From positions 119,380 through 183,379 of the forward strand of contig NIVC01002328.1 of the NCBI GenBank assembly GCA_002269645.1: a stretch of DNA of 64,000 nt, written 5' to 3'. This DNA comes from Macrostomum lignano (Eukaryota). The position numbers and the translations under genes were made by a program. Below the pieces are notes generated by a model that saw nothing but the letters and a program-made list of their open reading frames with translations, searched no databases and had not been told where the DNA came from. This document shows positions 11,960 to 23,400 of the stretch, in pieces (position 1 is the stretch's first letter; every line of letters begins with the position of its first letter).

Positions 11960-12225
11960 GAACTCCTTGAGCGTCAGGAAAGGATTTTCATCGAGTTTCT
12001 CAACCAATAATTCTCTCATTTCCTGATCGGCTCTTGCAAAATCCATTTTCCGACCACCGCGAGGAAAGGATTCCACACTCTGCAATCGAGTCGAAAGTTG
12101 GCAGCGATTCGGAATGCGGTTGTTCTCTTGATTTGCAAGATTCTTGCAGCTCCTGCGATGGCTGACTCTTGTTCAATCGCATCAGTCAGCCGCTGGCGAT
12201 CTGCTACAGGAATTGGTGGCGCCAT
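11960..12225 (-). mobile_element. N-terminal fragment of an IS630/Tc1-like transposase (HTH), frameshifted and truncated
   Basis: DRQRLTDAIEQ...AARILQIKRTTAFRI, then after a frameshift PRGGRK..ADQEMRELLVEKLDENPFLTLKE. Confidence 0.65.
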
Positions 12226-12480
12226 TCAATGGGGTCGCTTTCAGGCCAAAGACGAGCAAACAGGAGGGAGAGGGACAGAGAGCTATAAAATCTCAGTCCG
12301 ATTCCCATATTGAATGTCTAAAGTTATAGTCTATGGCCAAGCCTCCCTCAGTAGACTTTGCTTAACTGCTTAACTTTAAGCTGCCGGATGTTCAGCAGAG
12401 CTGACCATGGGCCAACAGCCTTTACTGCTGGTAATTTTTTGGAGTCTATGGTAAAAGAAAAGTTATGAGCTGCACATTAG

Positions 12481-12877
12481 CATGGATGAATGAATAGAAT
12501 GGATTGCTATTCTGGCTCTGGCTATTTTCGTTTTTGACTCTTTTGCATCCGGTTCCCCCCCCCGTGCCTTTTCATTGGTTGATGATTGCCATAGACAATT
12601 TTCGGCCTCGGCCTTCGCCCCTTTCTTTCGATGCACAAGCGCTTTCGCTCGTGTTTTGAAATAAAGGGGGAAGACCTACGAGCGCTCGATATTCTCTGCA
12701 AGTAACTGACATTCTCAGTTCTTTGCGCCTGTGCATCGAAAGAAAGGGGCGAAGGACGAAAATTGTCTATGGCAATCATCAACCAATGAAAAGGCACGGG
12801 GGGAACCGGATGCAAAAGAGTCAAAAACGAAAATAGCCAGAGCCAGAATAGCAATCCATTCTATTCATTCATCCATG
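12481..12877. mobile_element. Foldback MITE, P-element-like (hAT not excluded), 397 bp
   Basis: Long near-perfect terminal inverted repeats starting CATGGATGAATG; 8-bp TSD cacattag at 12473-12480 and 12878-12885. Confidence 0.88.
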
Positions 12878-13964
12878 CACATTAGGCGTTCCTGCCAAGC
12901 ATGGTCAGCAGCGCTGATCATACGAAAAATGGGTGAAAAATGTCCTACTTATCTGCAATGGAATGCAGCGACTCGGTTTCAGCATTCTCTGTGATGACAT
13001 CATCAGTCTCAGAATCCGATGTATGCAAAATATCCATGGTTGTAGCTGATTTACTTTTCAATAAAATGATGCACTACTCGTATTAAGGAGGTGCAGTGCT
13101 TTCTCTTTCAAAAAGGCCTGTTTGCAGATTTTAAAGTGAACTGTAGTGTCTATTGCTAGATATCGAGTCTACACACTGCGTTATCTATTCAGAGAGCATT
13201 AAGTGAAATGCACTTTGAACTGCTTTTTTCGACCCTAGATTTTCCAAGCCAAGTATAAAATGCTCCCTTCTCGGCTGGAAAGGCTTTGCACAGGGGCGCA
13301 TTAAGATTCTAGCTATAGTCTATGGCCAGCCCTGCTGACCATATGTCCGCAGGAACGGAGCTTTTGCATTTCTAAGCTCCGGCGCGAAAAGGCTTAAGTC
13401 CATGACTAGGGCGTGATCTGTGGCCTGGCTTCAATGTCTATGGCGTCCCGTTTTTTAGATCGTCAAAAGCGACAGTACACTCTCAGCATAAAATACACGT
13501 GCTGCTGCAGTTAGCAATAGCAATAAAGCGAGGATTACACAACCGCGGACAGCCTCATCGGGTTTCATGCCCAACAGCTGACTTCGCACTGAATCAAAAG
13601 CCCTTTGTACCATAGACAGACATCACAAAGGGGGGCTGCCAAGCGTATTAGCATGATCATGCACGCTATTAAAAACTGTATTAACCAGACTGCACCAACC
13701 CAATCATTTCAGGAGCAGCTTTAAGTGCGGCAAGGCCAGTTCAGGACGGACAAATAAGATCCAGAAGAATGGAGACCTATTGCTTTAATTACCATTTTTA
13801 CAATAAATACACCTGTAAGAGAAATGATGCCGAAATTTCTGCAACAGTCGATATAACCTGTAGAGCCCATTAAAACGATAATTTCTTATGCGTATTAAAG
13901 ATTAAGAAAACGAGTTACTATAATTGTAAAAAAACTTCAAATTGTAGATCTGTAGATCAATATT

Positions 13965-15560
13965 CTACACATCCCCAAACTGATCCCTAATCTAAACATA
14001 CATCATTTAACTGATCCCAATCTAAACATCCTCGAACTGATCCCCAATCTAAACATCCTCAAACTGATCCCAATCTAAACATCCTCGAACTGATCCCCAA
14101 TCTAAACATCCTCAAACTGATCCCCAATCTACACATACCCAAACTGATACCAATCTAAACATCCTCAAACTGATCCCCAATCTAAACATCCTCAAACTGA
14201 TCCCCAATCTAAACATTCTCAAACTGATCCACAATCTAAACATCCTTAAACTGATCCCCAATCTAAACATCCTCAAACTGATCCCCAATCTAAACATCCT
14301 CAAACTGATCCCCAATCTAAACATCCTCAAACTGATCCCCAATCTACACATCCCCAAACTGATACCAATCTAAACATCCTCAAACTGATCCACAATCTAA
14401 ACATCCCCAAACTGATATCAATCTAAACATCCTCAAACTGATCCCCAATCTAAACATCCTCAAACTGATCCCCAATCTAAACATCCCCAAACTGATCCCC
14501 AATCTAAACATCCTCAAACTGATCCCCAATCTAAACATCCTCAAACTGATCCCCAATCTAAACATCCTCAAACTGATCCCCAATCTAAACATCCCCAAAC
14601 TGATCCCCAATCTAAACATCCCCAAACTGATCCCCAATCTACACATCCTCAAACTGATCCCCAATCTAAACATCCTCAAACTGATCCCCAATCTAAACAT
14701 CCTCAAACTGATCCCCAATCTAAACATCCCCAAACTGATCCCCAATCTACACATCCTCAAACTGATCCCCAATCTAAACATCCTCAAACTGATCCCCAAT
14801 CTAAACATCCTCAAACTGATCCCCAATCTAAACATCCCCAAACTGATACCAATCTAAACATCCTCAAACTGATCCACAATCTAAACATCCCCAAACTGAT
14901 ATCAATCTAAACATCCTCAAACTGATCCCCAATCTAAACATCCTCAAACTGATCCCCAATCTAAACATCCCCAAACTGATCCCCAATCTAAACATCCTCA
15001 AACTGATCCCCAATCTAAACATCCTCAAACTGATCCCCAATCTAAACATCCTCAAACTGATCCCCCATGTACACATCCCCAAACTGATCCCCAATCTAAA
15101 CATCCCCAAACTGATCCCCAATCTACACATCCTCAAACTGATCCCCAATCTAAACATCCTCAAACTGATCCCCAATCTAAACATCCTCAAACTGATCCCC
15201 AATCTAAACATCCCCAAACTGATCCCCAATCTAAACATCCTCAAACTGATCCCCAATCTAAACATCCTCAAACTGATCCCCAATCTAAACATCCTCAAAC
15301 TGATCCCCAATCTAAACATCCCCAAACTGATCCCCAATCTAAACATCCCCGAACTGATCCCTAATCTAAACATCCCCGAACTGATCCCCAATCTAAACAT
15401 CCCGAACTGATCCCTAATCTAAACATCCCCGAACTGATCCCCAATCTACACATCCCCAAACTGATACCAATCTAAACATCCTCAAACTGATCCCCAATCT
15501 AAATATCCTCAAACTGATCCCCAATCTAAACACCCTCAAACTGATCCCAATCTATAGATT
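13965..15560. repeat. 27-bp minisatellite (aaactgatccccaatctaaacatcctc) with a 484-bp higher-order duplication
   Basis: The diagnostic variant block gataccaatc...ccacaatc...gatatcaatc recurs at 14361 and 14845. Confidence 0.95.
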
Positions 15561-16214
15561 AACAAAATGATCCCAAAACTGATCTCCAGCCTACAGATCC
15601 CCAATCTGCAGATCCCCCAACTGATCCCTAGTCTACAGGTTCAAATCTGGAACAAAAGGAAGGCGACAAAGACCTCGCAGTCCATTTCTGGCATGTAAAC
15701 ATAAATAAATAACATGAGTTCAGTCAAATTGTATAATTTAATTGAGAAATAAATAAACTGATATAAGAGATATGCAGTAAAAGAAAATGTAATATTTTAT
15801 AGATGTTCGGACAAGTTAAAGACATGCCTACGTGTGTGAAATCGCGCACTAAATATAAGAAAGCAGTATTTTATTGCTTATATGATTTTCAGTAGTATTA
15901 TATACAAAAAGTCAATGCAGAAAGAAGTTGTGTGTAGCACGCAGTGAACAATATATTTTGATCGTGTAAAACTTGCGCCAGTTCGCAAAAATCGTAAAAA
16001 TAGAAAGAAAGTGAAATAAAGATTACATATTTATAAAAAGGTAGATTACCAATATAAGTATTTGCTGCTAACATAAGTCATAACACGCTAGAAATTGCAC
16101 TCGTGAATACAATGATTAAACTTAACAGAATTTGGTTTAATTATAAAGAAGTAAATACAGGTCTCAAAGTGAGATGCCTAGAACTTGAATCATAAGAAAG
16201 AAAATATTTATGGC

Positions 16215-16460
16215 CAACACAGCCAACACACAAATGTCTATGGTCTAACAACAGTCAAAACAAATGTCTATGGCCCAACCACAGCCAACACACAAACGTC
16301 TATGGCTCAACCACAGCCAATACACAAACATCTATCGCCCAACCACAGCCAATAAACAAATGTCTATGGCCCAACAACAGCCAACACACGTCTATGGCCC
16401 AACCACAACGAAATGTCTATCGCCCAACCACAGCCAATACGCATATGTCTATGGCCAAAG
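16215..16460. repeat. Degenerate short tandem repeat (tgtctatggcccaaccacagccaa)
   Basis: About 7 imperfect units. Confidence 0.8.
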
Positions 16461-17279
16461 CTCAGCATAAGTGTTAAACGAACGTTTATTTTTAATAGAG
16501 CAGGCAGAAAACACAGAAAATGGGGTAATTGAGAAATGGACATATTGTTTGAAAGAATTGCACAAAAGCGCATTATATTCTAAATGGCATTTAAATTGGC
16601 TATCGAATAAACTTTTGTTAAGCTTTCAAATAAAAACAATGAACAGATATAAATCGCTAATATTTTTGTTACTTCTTAGCCAGTAGCTGTGCGCATATAG
16701 CTCTCGCCGGCAACTGTGTACAAGATGAAGCAGGATTGAAATTCATTATTTCGTAAACAGATAATAATAGAATAGAAAACAAACGCGGAAATAGCAAATT
16801 GAAACACATTCAACAATACGGCCTGAGACTTGAGGAGCTGGATCTCATTGTTACTGTTAAACAGTTTTTTGTTGCTCCAGTTTTGTAAGGCAAAAATTAT
16901 CATATTGTTTTTTTGTTTAGTCAAACAAAGCCCGCTAAAATCCGTACACCTACTAACAGTAGTTATAAATTACTAAATTAGATAAAACAGTAAGAAAACC
17001 ATCAGCAATGATAAATTTTACAGGCCGACAGAAAATGTAATTGCAAAGGATTTACGCCGATAATTAGATACTCAGTAGGAAAGGCTCATGCAGAAATTGA
17101 ATTCCAATTGAAAGATTATGTTTTCCATTCGTCACGGAGCGGCACTTAGTAACTTAATTATGGTCAACTCCTGGGATCCCGGCGGCATCCGGCAAGGTGT
17201 ACAGGGAATATTGTGAGTCCACGATTATCTAGGAAAATAGGAGGAAGGATGTCACAGCAAATTGCAATTAGCTTGCTAA

Positions 17280-17400
17280 TCATTGATATGCGTGAGCCGT
17301 GGTGTACTTGGCTGCCTGCGTCTCCATGGCCCGCCGGTGGCCGATTCGCCTGCCCTTGCCGTGGCCGGCAGATGGCTGGGCGTAAGCCAGATGCAGCTCG
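17280..17400 (-). CDS. ADAM10: ADAM10 putative terminal exon (ELHLAYAQ...AHAYQ*)
   Basis: Acceptor ttcgcag in the required phase 2; open GC3-rich frame of 39 codons to TGA; not in the ORF track. Confidence 0.65.
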
Positions 17401-20400
17401 CTGCGAATGCGAAGGCGCAGGTACTGCGTTTTATTATGGTATAATTAGTCTGGGAGCTCAGGAACCCAGGGGAATGGAAGATTCGGGGAGAACAAAGACT
17501 CAATGGGAGAAGATTCGGGGAGAACAAAGACTCAATGGGAGAATATTCGGGGAGAACAGACTCAATGAGGGAAGATTCGGGGAGAACAAAACTCAATGAG
17601 GGAAGATTCGGGGAGAAAAAACTCAATTAGGGACAAACTCTCAATGGGAGAAGATTTGGGGGGCACAAAGATTCAACGGGAGAAGATTCTGGGAGGACAA
17701 AGACTCGATAGGGGGGAGTTTGGGAAGCACAAAGGCTCAATGGGAGAAGATTCGGGGAGAACAAAGACTCAATGGGAGAATAATCGGGGAGAACAAAGAC
17801 TCAATGAGGGAAGACTCGGGGAGAAGATTTGGGGAGAACAAAGACTCAATGAGGGAAGACTCGGGGAGAAGATTTAGGGAGAACAAAGACTCAATGAGGG
17901 AAGATTTGGGGAGAAAAAACTCAATTAGAGACAAAATCTCAATGGGAGAAGATTTGGGGAGCACAAAGATTCAACGGGAGAAGATACTGGGAGGACAAAG
18001 ACGATAGGGGGGGGAGTTCGGGAAGCACAAAGACTCAAGAGAGGGAAGATTCGGAGAACTCGCACCACAGATAAGCTAAGAACCCAAGCCTCACCGGCAG
18101 TAGGCCAGTTCACTCGAATCCATCGAACGGTCGGCCCTGACACAGTAAACTGGCGGAGGTGGCGGCAGCGAGGCGGCCAACCCGCCGACGTTCGAGGATC
18201 CGTTGGCGGAGACTGCGTTGACGGCGGCCACAGCCGCGGCGGCCTCCCTGGCGGCATTGGCGGCTGAGCGCCTAACGGAGCACAGTCGGACTGAAGCGCC
18301 CAGAGCGATAAGCACAGCCAGACAGATAATGATAACAAAGTACCAGTTGGCAACTATCCAATTGCGGACCTGCTCCAAGGACTCCGGACTGAATAGCAGA
18401 TCTTGAAGGCGGCCCAACGGGCCCTTAGTGTCTATGAGGCGGCACTCATGGTCCGCGTTGCAATAGCCTTTGTAGTTCTCGCACGGGGAGCCAACCTGCA
18501 AATAGGGGGAGAAGGGAACAGGAATCAGATGGGGCTCGAAATCCCAATAGAAAATCAGTAGATAGTTTGGGATTTCAGTTGGCAGTCTGGGATCTCAAAT
18601 GAGGATAGTTTGGGATTTCAGTTGACAGTCTGGGATCTAAAATGAGGAAAGTTTGGGATCTCAAATAAGGATAGTTTGGGATTTCAGTTGACAGTCTGGG
18701 AACTCAAATGAGGATAGTCTGGGATCTCAAATGAGGATAGTCTGGGATCTCAAATAAGGATAGTCTGGGATCTCAAATGAGGATAGTCTGGGATCTCAAA
18801 TGAGGATAGTCTGGGATCTCAATAGATAGACTGGGATCTCAAATGAGGATAGTTTGGATCTCAAATAAGGATAGTCTGAATCTCAAATGAGGGTAGTCTG
18901 GAATCTCAAATGAGGATAGTCTGGAATCTCAAATGAGGATAGTTTGGATCTCAAATAAGGATAGTCTGAATCTCAAATGAGGATAGTTTCGGATTTCAGT
19001 TGATAGTCTGGGATCTCAGTAGATAGACTGGGATCTCAAATGAGGATAGTCTGGGATCTCAGTAAAGACTGGGAGCTCAAATAAGGATAGTCTGGGATCT
19101 CAAATAAGGATAGTCTGGGATCTCAAATAAGGATAGTCTGGGATCCCAGTAGATAAACTGGGATCTCAAATGAGGATAGTCTGGGATCCCAGTAGATAAA
19201 CTGGGATCTCAAATGAGGATAGTCTGGGATCTCAGTAGATAAACTGGGATCTCAAATGAGGATAGTCTGGGATCTCAGTAAATAGACTGGGATCTCAGTA
19301 GATGGACTGGGATCTCAAATAAGGATAGTCTGGGATCTCAAATGAGGATAGTCTGGGATCTCAAATGAGGATAGTCTGGGATCTCAAATGAGGATAGTCG
19401 GGGATCTCAAATGAGGATAGTCTGGGATCTCAGTAAATAGACTGGGATCTCAGTAGATAGACTGGGATCTCAAATAAGGATAGTCTGGGATCTCAAATAA
19501 GGATAGTCTGGGATCTCAAATGAGGATAGTCTGGGATCTCAAATGAGGATAGTCTGGGATCTCAAATGAGGATAGTCTGGGATCTCAAATGAGGATAGTC
19601 GGGGATCTCATCTAAGAACTGGTGAGTGAGAACGCATAAGTGAGCAATAGATTACCTGCAGCTTCAAGCCAAACGCGGTAGCATTAACCCTCTGCAGCAG
19701 TTTATAAACGGGCGAATTATAATCGCGCAGTCCGGCCACCTCTTTAGTGCTGATGCACCGGCTTGTATTGCTGGGCCGGCAGCCCAGGTAGCAGGGCGGA
19801 CTCTGGCAATCCAGCCAGCCAATCAGGGCGCAGACGGACGGTCCGCAGCTGCCCTGGCGGCAGAGCCGAGTGCCGGCGCGGCAAGTAGAGTTGTCGGGCT
19901 TGTGCCGGGCCTCCGGACAGGAGCTGGCGAATCCGGTGCACACCGCGGGCAGGGCGCAGTCGGTCTCGGCCTGGCAGACAGTGCCAGCCGGGGTGAAGTC
20001 GCAGCCGGCTGTGCAGCACAGATTGCCAGACGGAGAGCAGCGGGCGTGCGGCCGCACCCGGCAGGCCGGCTGGCCGGAGGGGCCGCCGCGCGGATGGCAG
20101 CAGGCGTCGGTGCACTCGTCGGCGTATCCGCAGTCGCACTGTTCGCCAGGCTCTAGCAGGCTGTTGCCGCAGAAGGCGGCCGCTTCTGTGCTCCGTCTGA
20201 GACAATTGGCCTTGCCGCTGCGCGCGTTGAGCACCTGATCTAGCAGGGAGGCCATGCTGTCGCGCGAGCACGGACTGAACCTGGCCGAGAAGAAGTTCTT
20301 GTGTCGATAATTCAATTCTGCTACAGGCTACTAATTCAGTAGGAAAATAAGAATTTTACTTGAAATTTTTTATGCACGCGTCTGATTTTTATCAGAGAAA

Positions 20401-23400
20401 ACGGAAAACATGGTGGCATCCTGCCTTTGCCTAATGATTTTTATTTGGAAAATTTGGCAAAGTGAAGTTTGAGTGTTTGAAAGGTTTTGGGTTGTGAAGT
20501 TTGTGGGTTGTGAAGTTTTGGGGGTTGTGAAGTTTTGGGGGTTGTGAAAGTTGTGGGTTGTGAAGTTTGGGGGTTGTGAAGTTTGTGGGTTGTGAAGTTT
20601 TGAGATTGTGAAGTTTTGGGGGTTGTGAAAGTTGTGGGTTGTGAAGTTTTGAGATTGTGAAGTTTTGGGGGTTGTGAAGTTTTGGGGGTTGTGAAAGTTG
20701 TGGGTTGTGAAGTTTGGGGGTTGTGAAGTTTGTGGGTTGTGAAGTTTTGAGATTGTGAAGTTTTGGGGGTTGTGAAAGTTGTGGGTTGTGAAGTTTGGGG
20801 GTTGTTAAAGTTGTGGGTTGTGAAGTTTTGAGATTGTGAAGTTTTGGGGGTTGTGAAAGTTGTGGGTTGTGAAGTTTTGAGATTGTGAAGTTTTGGGGGT
20901 TGTGAAAGTTGTGGGTTGTGAAGTTGGTGAGTTGTGAAGTTTGTGAGTTGTGAAGTTTGTGGGTTGTGAAGTTTTGGGGGTTGTGAAAGTTGTGGGTTGT
21001 GAAGTTTATGAGCTGTGAAGTAAACAAACATTTATACCTGTTATTATTAGGCAGGTCGCCAGTGGTGGCCGAGGAGAACATGATGTAGTTGCCCTGGTCC
21101 CCGGTGGGCTGGCAGTCTGGCATAGCCGGGGTCAGGCCGTCGTCGTGATTGGCCCCGAAGTTGTGGCCCATCTCGTGAGCAAAGGTCAGGTAGGACACTT
21201 TCTCAACAATGCGGCGGCCGTAGTTAATTAGCGTCACAATGCCCGTGTTCAAGGACTTCCAGGACCTGCGGCCTGGGATCTGATCGCTAGATATGTTGGA
21301 GGGTTGCGGAATGGAATGGCTTGGATTGGTTTGAAGAGCAGAATAGCAATGAAAGCAAAAGGTCTGGTTTTAGAAAGGAAAGACATTTCACTAGTTCCAA
21401 AACTCAACTCAGATGACAGGAGACTGGGATCATAAAAACTCAGGGAAGGGGCGAGTCTGGGATCATAAAATATGAGGGGGGGGGCGAGTCTGGGATCACG
21501 AAACTCAGGGAAGGGGCGATTCTGGGATCACAAAACTCAGGGAAGGGGCGATTCTGGGATAACAAAACCCAGGGAAGGGCGAGTCTGGGATCACAAAACT
21601 CAGGGAAGGGGCGAGTCTGAGATCATAAAATATGAGGGGGGGGGCGAGTCTGGGATCACAAAACTCAGGGAAGGGGCGATTCTGGGATCACAAAACTCAG
21701 GGAAGGGGCGATTCTGGGATAACAAAACCCAGGGAAGGGCGAGTCTGGGATCACAAAACTCGGGGAAGGGGCGAGTCTGGGATCACAAAACTCAGGGAAG
21801 GAGCGAGTCTGGGATCATAAAAACCCAGGGAGGGGGCGAGTCTGGGATCACAAAACTCAGGGAAGGGCGAGTCTGGGATCACAAAACTCAGGGAAGGGGC
21901 GAGTCTGGGATCACAAAACTCAGGGAAGGAGCGAGTCTGGGATCATAAAACTCGGGGAAGGGCGAGTCTGGGATCATGAAAATCGGGGAAAGGCGAGTCT
22001 GGGATCACAAAACTCAGGGAAGGAGCGAGTCTGGGATCACAAAACTCAAGGAAGGAGCGAGTCTGGGATCGTAAAACTTGGGGAAGGGCGAGTCTGGGAT
22101 CATAAAACTCGGGGAAGGGGCGAGTCTGGGATCATAAAATGTTAGGTTGGGGCGAGTCTGGGATTACAAAACTCAGGGAAGGGCGAGTCTGGGATCATAA
22201 AATCCAGGGAAGGGCGAGTCTGGGATCATAAAATCCAGGGAAGGGCGAGTCTGGGATCATAAAATCCAGGGAAGGGCGAGTCTGGGATCATAAAATCCAG
22301 GGAAGGGGCGAGTCTGGGATAAAACTCAGGGAAGGGCGAGTCTGGGATCATAAAAACCCAGGGAATCCATGAGTCTGGGATCATAAAAACTCAGTGAGGG
22401 GTGAGTCCAAGAGCAGGAAAACTTCAAATAGAAGTATTAATAACTTACTACTGCTCAACTCCCCAAAAAGCTGACTGCAAGTAGCTCAAAATTTTTAAAT
22501 CGCAGATTCTAAACTAAGAAATAAAAAATCCAACGGAAGGCCACTGTGACTGAGGCACACTGGAATTTATGACTTTGCACTGGAGAATGGCGTGAAGTTT
22601 TTCACTCGGCCTTCTATCTAATATACAAGTAAATTTTTACTATCAATGTATTTTCTGGGTGCCAATTCCTTGATTTTTTCCACAAACTCCAACAAAAAAG
22701 TTAAGTTTGAGCATTTTTCAATACTAAGAATAGGAGCGTTCTCTAGCGAATTTTTTATTGTAGAAAGAAAAATTACAAGGACGTTTGAAGGACTGTTTAA
22801 GGACTGCAGTTCCTTGAACTAATACGCCTCCTTCCTGTGCGTGGAAAATTTTTATGACTGAAGAAATCTAACAACACAGGCTGCATTGCATTTGACACAG
22901 CTGAAACTGCACTCGCAGGCTGGGTGCACAATAATAACATTACTGGTGTAGGCTAGATTATTTTAGAATTCTAAAAACAGATTGAATACGCAGCCAGTGT
23001 GACGCAGAAACCCGGGCACATCCGAGAAACAAAAAAGGTCAACCAGCTGCGATCTGGGATGTCCCTAGTTAGCGGACTGACTGACTATAGTTACCAACTG
23101 CAGAAGTCAAGAAGGGGATCGAATTAGGCCAAACCCACTGGCCTTAACTGGGTAAACAGCTGCCTTCACTTTTGACATTCACGAGTGAAAATAAAACTAG
23201 TGAAAAAAATCAAGCAGGTAAAAAACAATATACGATGTAAAGCCGCATCTCATATTCGTAATATATGCATACACAATTATAGCTTGGCGAACCTTCCCTA
23301 CATCACTTTATACTAAAGCCTCACCTGAACTAAACTTGAGGCCTGACCTGAACTTAACCTGAAGAAACCTAAATTTAAGCTGAAGCCTCACCTGAACTTA

